Positions 54,485 through 63,188 of a DNA stretch of 64,000 bases are shown here, piece after piece. Numbering within the stretch: position 1 is the first letter of the stretch; each line of letters opens with the position of its first letter. The DNA comes from Verrucomicrobiia bacterium. Lineage in GTDB: Bacteria; Verrucomicrobiota; Verrucomicrobiia; JABWAM01. A program made the position numbers and the translations under genes. The notes beneath the pieces were generated by a model, which saw nothing but the letters and a program-made list of their open reading frames with translations, did not search any database and was not told the origin of the DNA. The stretch spans positions 398-64,397 of the forward strand of contig JAQUAF010000022.1 in the NCBI GenBank assembly GCA_028687435.1, written 5' to 3'.

Positions 54485-55954
54485 ATGAGTTGCAACCATT
54501 CCGTTGATCCATCCCGTTGTCCCATTTGCGGCCAACCCAATCATTGTCGTTTGGCCAAGGAAGAACCCGGCAGCGCGCCTTGTTGGTGCGCCAGCCAAAA
54601 AATTGGCGATGCGGTTTTGCGTCATATCCCTTCCTTTGCTCTGCGGCGCGTCTGTGTTTGCCGGTCATGCGTCGAAAAATTCAGTGAAACCGAACGTCCA
54701 GCCGCCATCGACGGCTTTTGCTTCCATTCGGCTGAAAAGCCGCAATGGTTGCCGGGACTTTCCTCCATGGTTGGCGCCATTCTTTTGGCCATTGGGATGG
54801 CCGGCCAGCCGGTTTTAGCCCAGTCGGTGGCGACCAATTTGGTTGAAAAGGCGGAAATGGCCAAAAAGGAGGAATCAACCAGGCAGAAGCATATCATGGA
54901 CGAGGTGGTGGTCACCGCCACCCGAACATCGAAGAATACGGATGAGACGCCGTCCAGAACCACAGTGGTGGATCGCGAGAAGATGGAGACCATGCCCATG
55001 ACGACTCTCGACGATGCTCTCAAAAATGAATCCGGCCTTTTTGTGGAACGCCACAAGGGCTTGGCGGATTCCGCCGCCCGGGTGCAGGCCCGCGGCATGG
55101 TGGGGCAAAATCGCACCTTGATTCTGTTGGACGGCATGCCGCTTAACAACGGTTATAGCGGAGGAGTCCAGTGGAACGTCTTGGGCATGGAAAATGTCGG
55201 ACAGGTGGAGGTTGCGCGGGGCGCCGGGTCGTCGCTCTACGGCGGATCCGCCATGGGGGGCGTGGTGAACATCATCCCCCAAATGCCTGAAAAGTTGGAG
55301 TTTGGCGCCAAGACAGGCTTTGGCAGCGACAACACGCTTCGTTACAGCGGCTATGTCGGCGATGTCATCAAGGAGAAGTTTCGTTTCCGGCTCGGTTATG
55401 AGGCGGAAAGCACCGATGGTTATCCTTCCATGCCGGCGTCCCTCAGCACCGCCAGGCCCACGGCGGGGGCGGGTGTTTTGTCGGGAGGTTATCCTTCTCA
55501 ATCTTCGTCCGGCGCTTCCAACTGGATCGTGGGCGACAAAGGCGACAATTACGCCTCCCGTTGGAATGGCAATTTATTGGCTGATTACAAAGTGTCGGAA
55601 ACCGGCCGCCTGTCGCTTCAATATCAAATGGGACATTATGAGTATGGCTATGGCGATCCTCATGCGTATTTGACGGATAGAAGCGGCAACTCGGCTGAAG
55701 CCGGGCGCGTGACGGTTGACCGGAACCGGTATGTGACGGCCTCGATCAGCACGTTCAATAGCTCCGCAACCGATTATTTCTGGAACCAATACAATTCGGG
55801 GCTGAAGTACGAGGATCAATTTGGCGACCTTCAATTTACAGGCAAGGCGGGTTTTCAGCTTTTTGAACAGGTTTACGCGACAAGCAGCGCGACCGGCGCC
55901 CAAGGGTGGGGCGATGCGCCCGGTTCGCAGACCGATTCCACCGGACGTTCCTAG
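54485..55954 (+). CDS. TonB-dependent receptor, N-terminal part (Cys_rich_CWC-like domain + signal peptide + plug + first barrel strands), ends at an in-frame TAG
   Basis: CPICGQPNHC...APCWCAS...VCVCRSC; MVGAILLAIGMAGQPVLAQS; DEVVVTATRTSKNTDETP plug. GAGGAG RBS before ATG 54485. Confidence 0.8.
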   Translation: MSCNHSVDPSRCPICGQPNHCRLAKEEPGSAPCWCASQKIGDAVLRHIPSFALRRVCVCRSCVEKFSETERPAAIDGFCFHSAEKPQWLPGLSSMVGAILLAIGMAGQPVLAQSVATNLVEKAEMAKKEESTRQKHIMDEVVVTATRTSKNTDETPSRTTVVDREKMETMPMTTLDDALKNESGLFVERHKGLADSAARVQARGMVGQNRTLILLDGMPLNNGYSGGVQWNVLGMENVGQVEVARGAGSSLYGGSAMGGVVNIIPQMPEKLEFGAKTGFGSDNTLRYSGYVGDVIKEKFRFRLGYEAESTDGYPSMPASLSTARPTAGAGVLSGGYPSQSSSGASNWIVGDKGDNYASRWNGNLLADYKVSETGRLSLQYQMGHYEYGYGDPHAYLTDRSGNSAEAGRVTVDRNRYVTASISTFNSSATDYFWNQYNSGLKYEDQFGDLQFTGKAGFQLFEQVYATSSATGAQGWGDAPGSQTDSTGRS

Positions 55955-55969
55955 TATGGTGAATATCAG

Positions 55970-57040
55970 GTGAGCTATCCCATTTTTACCGATCATCTTC
56001 TGACAGGGGGGATGTCTTTCCGATATGACGATTACGATCAGGATTCCTATGATTTGCGTTATTACCGGGAATTCAACACCCGGATCGGACGGACTGGACT
56101 GACCCAGGGGGCGAGCGCCACCCAGGCGGTGTTTCTCCAGGATGAGTGGAAGGCGCTCCGGGATTTGGTTCTCTACGGTTCCGTCCGTTTCGACCATTGG
56201 TATTCCTTTGATGGCGTGTCAGCGGGAGGGCCGGCCGCATCCGCCACGGGGGGAACGGTCGGATCCCCGACCCACTATGCCGCGCCGAGCGATTGGGGGG
56301 TGAGTCCGAGGATCGCGCCCGTCTGGCATGCGCTGGAGGACACCTATTTGCGGGCATCCATCAGCGAGGCTTTTCGTCCCCCGAACCTCTATGAGATGTA
56401 CCGCGGTTACGCCTATGGCGCCACCACTTATCTTGGCAATCCCGATCTCAAGCCGGAAACCGTGTGGAACTATGAATGCGGAGTGGACCAATATGCGTGG
56501 GAACGGCGGATCAAGGCTTCGGCCACCTATTTTCATTGGGATGCCTCGGACATGATTGACAACATGGATGTCGGCAACAATCTGAAGCAGCAGCAGAATT
56601 TTGGCGAGGTCCAGGCGGACGGGGCGGAATTGGAGTTGTCCGTCAAACCCTGGGATTGCCTGCGTGTCTGGAGCAATTACACTTATACGGAAACCGAGAT
56701 CACCAAGCACGATTATCAACCCGCTTTGGTGGGAAAGAGGCTGGCTTATGTTCCGCAACGCGTCATCAACGTGGGAACCGATGTTCTCTCCAAATGGGTG
56801 GATTGGGGAATCCATGGACAGTACCAGGGGAAAACCTATGCGCTCGATCTCAACAACGATGTGGAGAATGTGTATGGCACTTTCACCCGCTGCTGGCTTT
56901 GGGACACCAAGTTGACCGTCAAGCCCATCGAACATTTGAGCATATCGGCTTCCATTCAAAACCTTTTCGACAAGGATTATTACTCTTACAACATCGGACG
57001 GGGCCGCACCTTCGTGTTGGAAGCCGCATGCCGGTGGTGA
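55970..57040 (+). CDS. TonB-dependent receptor, C-terminal barrel part (same frame as 54485-55954)
   Basis: LTGGMSFRYDDYD, NPDLKPETVWNYECG, C-terminal GRGRTFVLEAACRW. Separated from the N-terminal part only by TAG 55952-55954. Confidence 0.75.
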   Translation: MSYPIFTDHLLTGGMSFRYDDYDQDSYDLRYYREFNTRIGRTGLTQGASATQAVFLQDEWKALRDLVLYGSVRFDHWYSFDGVSAGGPAASATGGTVGSPTHYAAPSDWGVSPRIAPVWHALEDTYLRASISEAFRPPNLYEMYRGYAYGATTYLGNPDLKPETVWNYECGVDQYAWERRIKASATYFHWDASDMIDNMDVGNNLKQQQNFGEVQADGAELELSVKPWDCLRVWSNYTYTETEITKHDYQPALVGKRLAYVPQRVINVGTDVLSKWVDWGIHGQYQGKTYALDLNNDVENVYGTFTRCWLWDTKLTVKPIEHLSISASIQNLFDKDYYSYNIGRGRTFVLEAACRW

Positions 57041-57065
57041 GAGGCGTTGGAAAAAGGAGATCATT

Positions 57066-57803
57066 ATGGAATTGGATGTTTTGTTTTGGATTGGAGGCAT
57101 GATATTCAGCCTGGGCATCTTCGCGGTCAAAACGGGTTTGGGATTTGGCTTTGGCGGAGTGACATGGAGGAGCATGGCCATGATCCTGCCTCTTTATTTG
57201 ATTTTGTTTGTGCTGCTTGCCCTGGCGTCGCAAACCGTGCTGTCAAGGTTGACGCCGGTTTTGCAAAAGGGCCCCTGGCTGCATTTGTCGATGGCGGCGG
57301 GATTGATTGGCTGGGGCGTTTACCTGATTTGGAGGGATGGGGGATGCCGCCATTGCGGCAAACGGAAAGAGACGTCATCAAAATCCTTCCTGTTACTGGC
57401 CATTCCCTGTCCGGTTTGTCTTGCCGCCATGGCTTTTTCAACCGCCATGGCGTTGAATGCGATTCCCTGGCATCCCGCCTGGGTTGGGGTGGTTGTGGGG
57501 GGCGTTTTTGCGCTTCTTGTCCTTCCGACTTATTTTTCCGTCAAATTTTTTGCCCGTGAGTTGCCGCCTGCCGAGCGCGAACTCAGGCTGGGATTGGCCA
57601 TGATTTTTGTCGGGTTGTATTTCATCGCCTCCCTCTTCCTGCCGGGATACATCGAACAGGCCAAACTGGCTTATGGTTCATTCGCGGGCGAAGTCTCCCA
57701 TGCTCCCCGCCAGGACATGTGGGGCGTTTTGGGTTTGCTGGCGGCGTGTCTGTTTGCGGGCTTTTTTATTCCACAATTTGATCAAAAAGGAGCATTCAAA
57801 TGA
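57066..57803 (+). CDS. polytopic membrane protein with CRHCG and CPVC motifs (DUF2162-like by context)
   Basis: 245 aa, ~7 TM helices. AAGGAG RBS. Family assignment from memory of CobN/MotA/DUF2149/DUF2162 neighbourhoods; low certainty. Confidence 0.6.
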   Translation: MELDVLFWIGGMIFSLGIFAVKTGLGFGFGGVTWRSMAMILPLYLILFVLLALASQTVLSRLTPVLQKGPWLHLSMAAGLIGWGVYLIWRDGGCRHCGKRKETSSKSFLLLAIPCPVCLAAMAFSTAMALNAIPWHPAWVGVVVGGVFALLVLPTYFSVKFFARELPPAERELRLGLAMIFVGLYFIASLFLPGYIEQAKLAYGSFAGEVSHAPRQDMWGVLGLLAACLFAGFFIPQFDQKGAFK

Positions 57804-58465
57804 ACCTGTTGGCCGGTCTGGAAACTTTTCTCTATGTTGTCTCGTCCGCCCTTTTTCTGCCGGTGGTGGCGGCATTGGTGTTGTTGACGTTCTGGATGTT
57901 CATCTGCCTGGGAAGTTTTCTCCGGGAATGGCTGGATCGGAGGAAGGGGATTTCACCGGCGGTGAATCGCTACGAAACCAGCCTTGCCGGAGCGTTGTTG
58001 ATCGCTCCCGCCGGGGAAATCGACCTCTATCTGGAGCGGCTGCTCCAGAGCGCTGAATTGGATTTGGTCCGCTCGCTGGACCGTGTGCGGTTTGCCATTC
58101 GCGTGGGGCCGGCCCTGGGGCTGATGGGCACCCTGATTCCCATGGGCATTTCGCTGGCCGCCCTGGCGCAGGGGGATATGCCCAAAATGGCTGGAAGCAT
58201 GGTGACCGCGTTCACGGCCACGGTGGTGGGGCTTGCCTGCAGCGTGGCGGCCTATCTCATGTCGCTTGCCAGGGAAAAATGGGTGCGGGCGGACATGCGC
58301 GAAATGGAATACTATACGGAGGTGGCTCTGCGGCAGGCAATGCCCCAAAACATCGAAGAGCGGCGATCCTCGGCTGCCGCCCGCGATGCCGGCCGTCCGG
58401 AACCTGACGCCAGGGAGAAAATGGAGGAAGACGATGAAGTATCTGAAACGTCGCCGTCGGTTTGA
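57800..58465 (+). CDS. MotA/TolQ/ExbB-family proton channel protein
   Basis: VGPALGLMGTLIPMGISLAAL...MVTAFTATVVGLACSVAAYLM. ATGA overlap with the upstream stop. Confidence 0.75.
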   Translation: MNLLAGLETFLYVVSSALFLPVVAALVLLTFWMFICLGSFLREWLDRRKGISPAVNRYETSLAGALLIAPAGEIDLYLERLLQSAELDLVRSLDRVRFAIRVGPALGLMGTLIPMGISLAALAQGDMPKMAGSMVTAFTATVVGLACSVAAYLMSLAREKWVRADMREMEYYTEVALRQAMPQNIEERRSSAAARDAGRPEPDAREKMEEDDEVSETSPSV

Positions 58466-58784
58466 AAAATACGACCAACCGCTGGAGGATCCCATCGCAG
58501 GGGTGGCCAACCTTTTCGATGCCAGCGTGGTTTTTATCGTCAGCATGATGATTGCCCTGTTCATGGCCTACAACATGCTTGATTTGGTCAATCCCAATTC
58601 GGAGGTGACCATGACCAAGAAAACATCCGATGGAGGAGTGGAAATCATCACAAAGAAAGGGAGGGAAATCAAAGTGCGGAAAGTGACCGATAAAAAACTC
58701 GGCGGAGAGGGAACGCGTCTGGGAACCGCTTATCAATTGACCGATGGGAGAGTTGTCTATGTTCCGGATGAAGATAAAAAATAA
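58434..58784 (+). CDS. DUF2149-like single-TM protein (ExbD-position partner)
   Basis: MKYLKRRRRFEKYDQPLEDPIAGVANLFDASVVFIVSMMIALF. GGAGGA RBS. Overlaps the end of the ExbB-like gene. Confidence 0.6.
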   Translation: MKYLKRRRRFEKYDQPLEDPIAGVANLFDASVVFIVSMMIALFMAYNMLDLVNPNSEVTMTKKTSDGGVEIITKKGREIKVRKVTDKKLGGEGTRLGTAYQLTDGRVVYVPDEDKK

Positions 58785-61700
58785 ACAGGTTTTTGCCGGA
58801 TTCTTTCGAATCAACCTCATGGTTTTCTGGCTTGTCGCATGCAAAGTGCCGGCTGTCGCGAATGGCGCCGGGACGACGGTCGGATTGCTGTGGGGAGATG
58901 GACATTCCAAGTCTGCCGTTGAGGTTGTCCGGACATTGGCCGGCGCGGAGGAACAATCGGGAAATCCCGGACTCCAACAGGTGAAATTCATTTCGTTTTC
59001 AACGCAGGACATCCGGCGGGGTTCGTTGGAGGGATTGGACCAATGCCGTCTGGCGCTCATCCGCACCATGAGCCGCGAGGATATCGCGAAACTTAAACCG
59101 ATTTTTAACCGGATCACCGCAAGGGGAGGCAAAGTGTTTTCAGTGGATGCGGCGTATGTTGAGGAATGCCGGGCCACCGGAATTCTCAAGGATGAAAAAC
59201 TTCAGGCTTATTTTCACAATGGAGGCATGGATAATCTGAAAAACATGGTTTGTTATGCCATGGCCAAGGGGCTTGGCATTTCATGCCGATATGACGCTCC
59301 GGCGGGCGTTCCCATGGCGGGAATTTTCGACTGCCGGACCGGACGCGTGTTGCAACGGTTCGAGGAGTACCGGCAACTGTTGGAGTCTGATCCGGCGAGG
59401 AAAGGATTGACGAAAAAACCCTGGATCGGAATCGTTTGCCAACGCAATACCGTGCTGGCCGGACAGGATAAACCGCTCAAGGCGGTGGCGGCGGCCTTGG
59501 AACGCGGGGGATTCAACCCTTTGCCCGTGTTTCATTATCCGTCGGAAAAGGCGATTGAGGCGTTTTTTTTCGGGCCGGCCGGCCGGTCCCGGGTGAAATG
59601 CGTCATTGCCCTGGCGGTAAAGATGCCTGCCAAACCCGCGGAGGTGGCTGCGGTCTTGAAAAGGTTGGATGTGCCCGTCATAGATGCCATCACGCTGGTC
59701 AGCCAGTCGCCGGATGAATGGAAACAGTCGACGGTGGGGCTGGATGTCAGTGAGCGGACCTGGCAGATAGCCCTGCCGGAAATGAGCGGCATTGGGCAAC
59801 CCACGGTTGTGGCCGCCAAAGAGCGGCAACGGGATCCGGCGACTGGAAAGTTTTATGTCGAGGAAGTTCCGATTGAGGAGCGGATTCAAATGCTGGTCCG
59901 GCGCGCGGGCGCCTGGATCCGTCTCCGGGAAAAACCCGATTGTGAAAAGCGGGTGGCCGTCATTTATTACAATTATCCGCCGGGGAAAAACAATGTGGGA
60001 GCTTCCTATTTGAATGTGCTGCCCGACAGCCTGTGCCAGTTGGGGCTGGGGCTCAAAAGCGGCGGATATGATTTGGGGGAATGGAATGGAGGCAAGGAGA
60101 GATTGTTCAATGACATTCATCAATACGCCCGCAATATTGGCAAGTGGGCGCCGGCGGAGATCGACCGGTTGGTCAAAGAGGGGAAACCAGCCCTTTTGCC
60201 CATGGAGAAATACCGCCGATGGTATGCGGAATTGCCGGAAAAATTAAGGCGGTCCATTGAAGCCGATTGGGGGCCGCCCGAGAAATGCGACATCATGACC
60301 TGGCGCGATGCCGGCGGGAAAATGTTCATGGTCCTGCCATCGGTTCAATACGGCAAAATCCTTTTCACTCCGCAACCCACCCGGGGCTGGGATCAGGATT
60401 CGCAAAAGATTTATCATAACGTGACCTTGGCGCCGCATCATCAGTACGTGGCGTTTTACCTTTGGTTGAAAAAGGAATTCCAGGCCGATGCCGTGGTCCA
60501 TGTCGGCACGCACGGCACCCATGAATGGCTGCCGGGCAAGGAAGCCGGATTGTCGGCGGCCTGCCCGCCGGAGGCGCTGCTCCAGGAACTGCCAAACATT
60601 TATCCGTATATTGTGGATAATGTCGGCGAGGGACTTCAGGCCAAGCGGCGGGGCATGGCCACGATCATTGATCACATGACTCCGCCTTTCGACAAGGCTG
60701 GCGCAAACCGGGAGTTAAAGGGGTTGAGCGCGTTGATCACGGATTACGACGCGTCATTGGAAAAAAGTCCCCCCCTGGCCGCCCTGAAGTTGAGGGAGAT
60801 TCAGGCTGGCGCCCAAAAAATGGGCCTGTTGACAGATTTGGGACTGAAAAAAGAATCCTTGGACCGATCGGATGTGCAAAAGCTGGAGCATCACCTTAAA
60901 AATATTGCGGAAAGACAGACCCCATTTGGTCTCCACACTTTCGGCAAGGCGCCGGAGGAAAAAAGGGTTCGTTCCACTGCCGAAGCCATCCTGGCGCTCG
61001 AAAAAGGGCTGTCGGAAAAGGAGCGCCAAAAGAAAATGGATGAAATGATGGAGCGTATCCGGTCTTCCGGAAAAGAGGAGATGGCATCCTTCCTTGCCGC
61101 GCTTTCCGGGCGGTTTGTCATGCCGGCCCAAGGCAATGATCCGGTGCGCAATCCCGATTCCCTTCCGACCGGAAAGAATTTTTATTCGTTCGATCCCGTG
61201 CGCATTCCTCCCAAAGTCGTTTATGAAATGGGCGCGAAACTGGCCCGTGAACTGATCGAGGAATACCGGGGTAGGCATGGCCAATATCCGGACAAGTTGA
61301 CGTTCAATCTTTGGAGCACCGAAACCATTCGCAACGAAGGAGTGATGGAATCCCAGATATTGCATCTCATGGGCATCCGTCCAAAATGGGATGCCACTGG
61401 CAAGGTTTTTGGCCTTGAGGCCATTGCCCGGCGGGAATTGGGGCGCCCCCGGATCGATGTCACCATCATTCCATCGGGTCTGTACCGGGATTTGTTTTCC
61501 AATCTCATGGAATTGCTTGATAAAGGGGTGAGTTTGGCGAAGGCGCAAAACGAGAAGGATAACATTCTTCGGTCCAACATGGAAAAAACCCGGAAGATGC
61601 TGCGCGAGAGGGGCGTTGCCGCTGAAACAGCCGAAAGGCTTGCTGCGGTGCGTTTGTTCACCGTTCCCTCCGGCGCTTACGGTCCCAATGTCGCGAGCGT

Positions 61701-62769
61701 CACTTCCGTTTCCGACACTTGGGAGAAAGAGGAACAGGTGGCCGGTGTGTTCATGATGCGGATGAGTCATCTGTACGGACAGGGATTTTGGGGCGACAAG
61801 GGAACGGACGGGAGCGGGGACATCCGGCAGGTGGTTTTCACCAATGCCCTGGCTGGAACCAAGATTGCCGTTCATGGGAGGTCGAGCAACCTTTATGGAA
61901 CCCTCGATAACGACGATGTGTTTCAATATCTGGGTGGAACGGCCATGGCTGTCCGGGCGGTGGATGGAAAAACGCCGGAAGTCTATGTGACGGAAATGTC
62001 CAATCCCGCCGCGCCCCGGCAGGAAACCGTGGAGCAATACATGGGGAGGGAAATGCGTTCGCGTTACCTGAACCCGGCATGGATCAAAACCATGATGCGC
62101 GAGGGATACGCCGGCGCGCGTTTTGTGAACAAAGTGGTGGAGAATCTCTGGGGCTGGCAGGTGACGGTTCCCGAGGCTGTGGATGGCGCCAAGTGGAACG
62201 AAATGTACGAAACCTATGTGCTGGATCGCAACGGGTTGGATATCAAGCAGATGTTCCGGGACGCCAAAAACATGGCTGCATACCAGGCTTTGGTTTCCCG
62301 TATGTTGGAGACCGTGCGCAAAGGGTACTGGAAACCGGATCAGGCGGTGGTTGAAAATCTTGCCAGGGAATTCGCCGACAGCGTGAAGGAGGCGGGTCTG
62401 GCTTGTTGCGACCATACTTGCAACAATCCGGCCCTGGCAAAGTTCACCGTGGATACGCTGGCGCCTGTTCCTGGCATGAGAAATCTGGCCCAGGATTTCA
62501 CCCGGGCGTTGGAAGACATCCGGCGAATGCCTCCTCCTTCGCCGGCTGTTTCGTCCCAGACAACTGGCATGAAAAAACAAAATGGAACCCCCTCCGCGAC
62601 GGCATCGGGCGGCGTTCAGAAAGCATCCGGCAAAAAGGTGGAAGGATATGAAATGAAGGATGTCACGCCAGCCAGCGGCGGCGCTTCCGCTCCCATTCCT
62701 TATCTATTCATTGCCGGTTTTTTGATTTTGACCGGACTGTTGATGGTTGGATTCCGACGCCGATTTTGA
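58768..62769 (+). CDS. CobN/Mg-chelatase-H-family giant protein with signal-like N-terminus and C-terminal TM anchor (HmuS-like)
   Basis: VAVIYYNYPPGKNNVGASYLNV, VHVGTHGTHEWLPGKE, IIDHMTPPF. N-terminus FFRINLMVFWLVACKVPAVANG. C-terminus PIPYLFIAGFLILTGLLMVGFRRRF. In-frame ATGs also at 58744 and 58759. Confidence 0.85.
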   Translation: MKIKNKQVFAGFFRINLMVFWLVACKVPAVANGAGTTVGLLWGDGHSKSAVEVVRTLAGAEEQSGNPGLQQVKFISFSTQDIRRGSLEGLDQCRLALIRTMSREDIAKLKPIFNRITARGGKVFSVDAAYVEECRATGILKDEKLQAYFHNGGMDNLKNMVCYAMAKGLGISCRYDAPAGVPMAGIFDCRTGRVLQRFEEYRQLLESDPARKGLTKKPWIGIVCQRNTVLAGQDKPLKAVAAALERGGFNPLPVFHYPSEKAIEAFFFGPAGRSRVKCVIALAVKMPAKPAEVAAVLKRLDVPVIDAITLVSQSPDEWKQSTVGLDVSERTWQIALPEMSGIGQPTVVAAKERQRDPATGKFYVEEVPIEERIQMLVRRAGAWIRLREKPDCEKRVAVIYYNYPPGKNNVGASYLNVLPDSLCQLGLGLKSGGYDLGEWNGGKERLFNDIHQYARNIGKWAPAEIDRLVKEGKPALLPMEKYRRWYAELPEKLRRSIEADWGPPEKCDIMTWRDAGGKMFMVLPSVQYGKILFTPQPTRGWDQDSQKIYHNVTLAPHHQYVAFYLWLKKEFQADAVVHVGTHGTHEWLPGKEAGLSAACPPEALLQELPNIYPYIVDNVGEGLQAKRRGMATIIDHMTPPFDKAGANRELKGLSALITDYDASLEKSPPLAALKLREIQAGAQKMGLLTDLGLKKESLDRSDVQKLEHHLKNIAERQTPFGLHTFGKAPEEKRVRSTAEAILALEKGLSEKERQKKMDEMMERIRSSGKEEMASFLAALSGRFVMPAQGNDPVRNPDSLPTGKNFYSFDPVRIPPKVVYEMGAKLARELIEEYRGRHGQYPDKLTFNLWSTETIRNEGVMESQILHLMGIRPKWDATGKVFGLEAIARRELGRPRIDVTIIPSGLYRDLFSNLMELLDKGVSLAKAQNEKDNILRSNMEKTRKMLRERGVAAETAERLAAVRLFTVPSGAYGPNVASVTSVSDTWEKEEQVAGVFMMRMSHLYGQGFWGDKGTDGSGDIRQVVFTNALAGTKIAVHGRSSNLYGTLDNDDVFQYLGGTAMAVRAVDGKTPEVYVTEMSNPAAPRQETVEQYMGREMRSRYLNPAWIKTMMREGYAGARFVNKVVENLWGWQVTVPEAVDGAKWNEMYETYVLDRNGLDIKQMFRDAKNMAAYQALVSRMLETVRKGYWKPDQAVVENLAREFADSVKEAGLACCDHTCNNPALAKFTVDTLAPVPGMRNLAQDFTRALEDIRRMPPPSPAVSSQTTGMKKQNGTPSATASGGVQKASGKKVEGYEMKDVTPASGGASAPIPYLFIAGFLILTGLLMVGFRRRF

Positions 62770-62896
62770 AAGCGCGGATGATCGGATCAGTAAAAACACC
62801 TTCAATGCAGACAAACCCTTCAGCAATTTAAAGGAGATTCCATCCATGAAATGGTGCTTTTCATCCGGTTTATGTCGTGGACGGCGGTCCGGGCGA

Positions 62897-63116
62897 GTTG
62901 TTATCACCATGGCCAAGGAGGGCAGCACCGTGGGAGGACTGACCGACACCATGGGCACGCTGGTTTCATTGTCCCTTCAATACGGCTTCCCCCTTGAGGC
63001 GCTTGTGAAAAAGTTTGTTCATTCCCGTTTTGAGCCAAGCGGAATGACCAAAAATCCGGACATCCCCCTGGCCAAGTCCGTTCCGGATTACATCTTTCGC
63101 TGGCTGGCCGGACAAT
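62897..63116 (+). pseudogene. nrdJ: 3' remnant of class II (adenosylcobalamin-dependent) ribonucleotide reductase
   Basis: VVITMAKEGSTVGGLTDTMGTLVSLSLQYGFPLEALVKKFVHSRFEPSGMTKNPDIPLAKSVPDYIFRWL matches the conserved NrdJ C-terminal region. No upstream catalytic part is present. Confidence 0.7.
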
Positions 63117-63188
63117 TCCCGCCCGGACGCGAACCGGGTCCCCCCCGCCTGAAGCCGCGCCGTCCAAACCTCCATCCGCGGTTGGGCA

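Noticed and set aside
55952-55954. Genome-wide TAG reassignment (for example an alternative genetic code or pyrrolysine) as the explanation for the in-frame TAG
   Set aside because: TAG clearly terminates other well-defined genes in the window (for example at 3697-3699 and 14304-14306), and no pyl genes were seen. A local nonsense mutation or an error is more parsimonious.
60754-62580. 608-aa ORF antisense to the CobN-like gene
   Set aside because: Shadow frame. The plus strand carries the clear CobN signature, and the antisense translation has no motifs.
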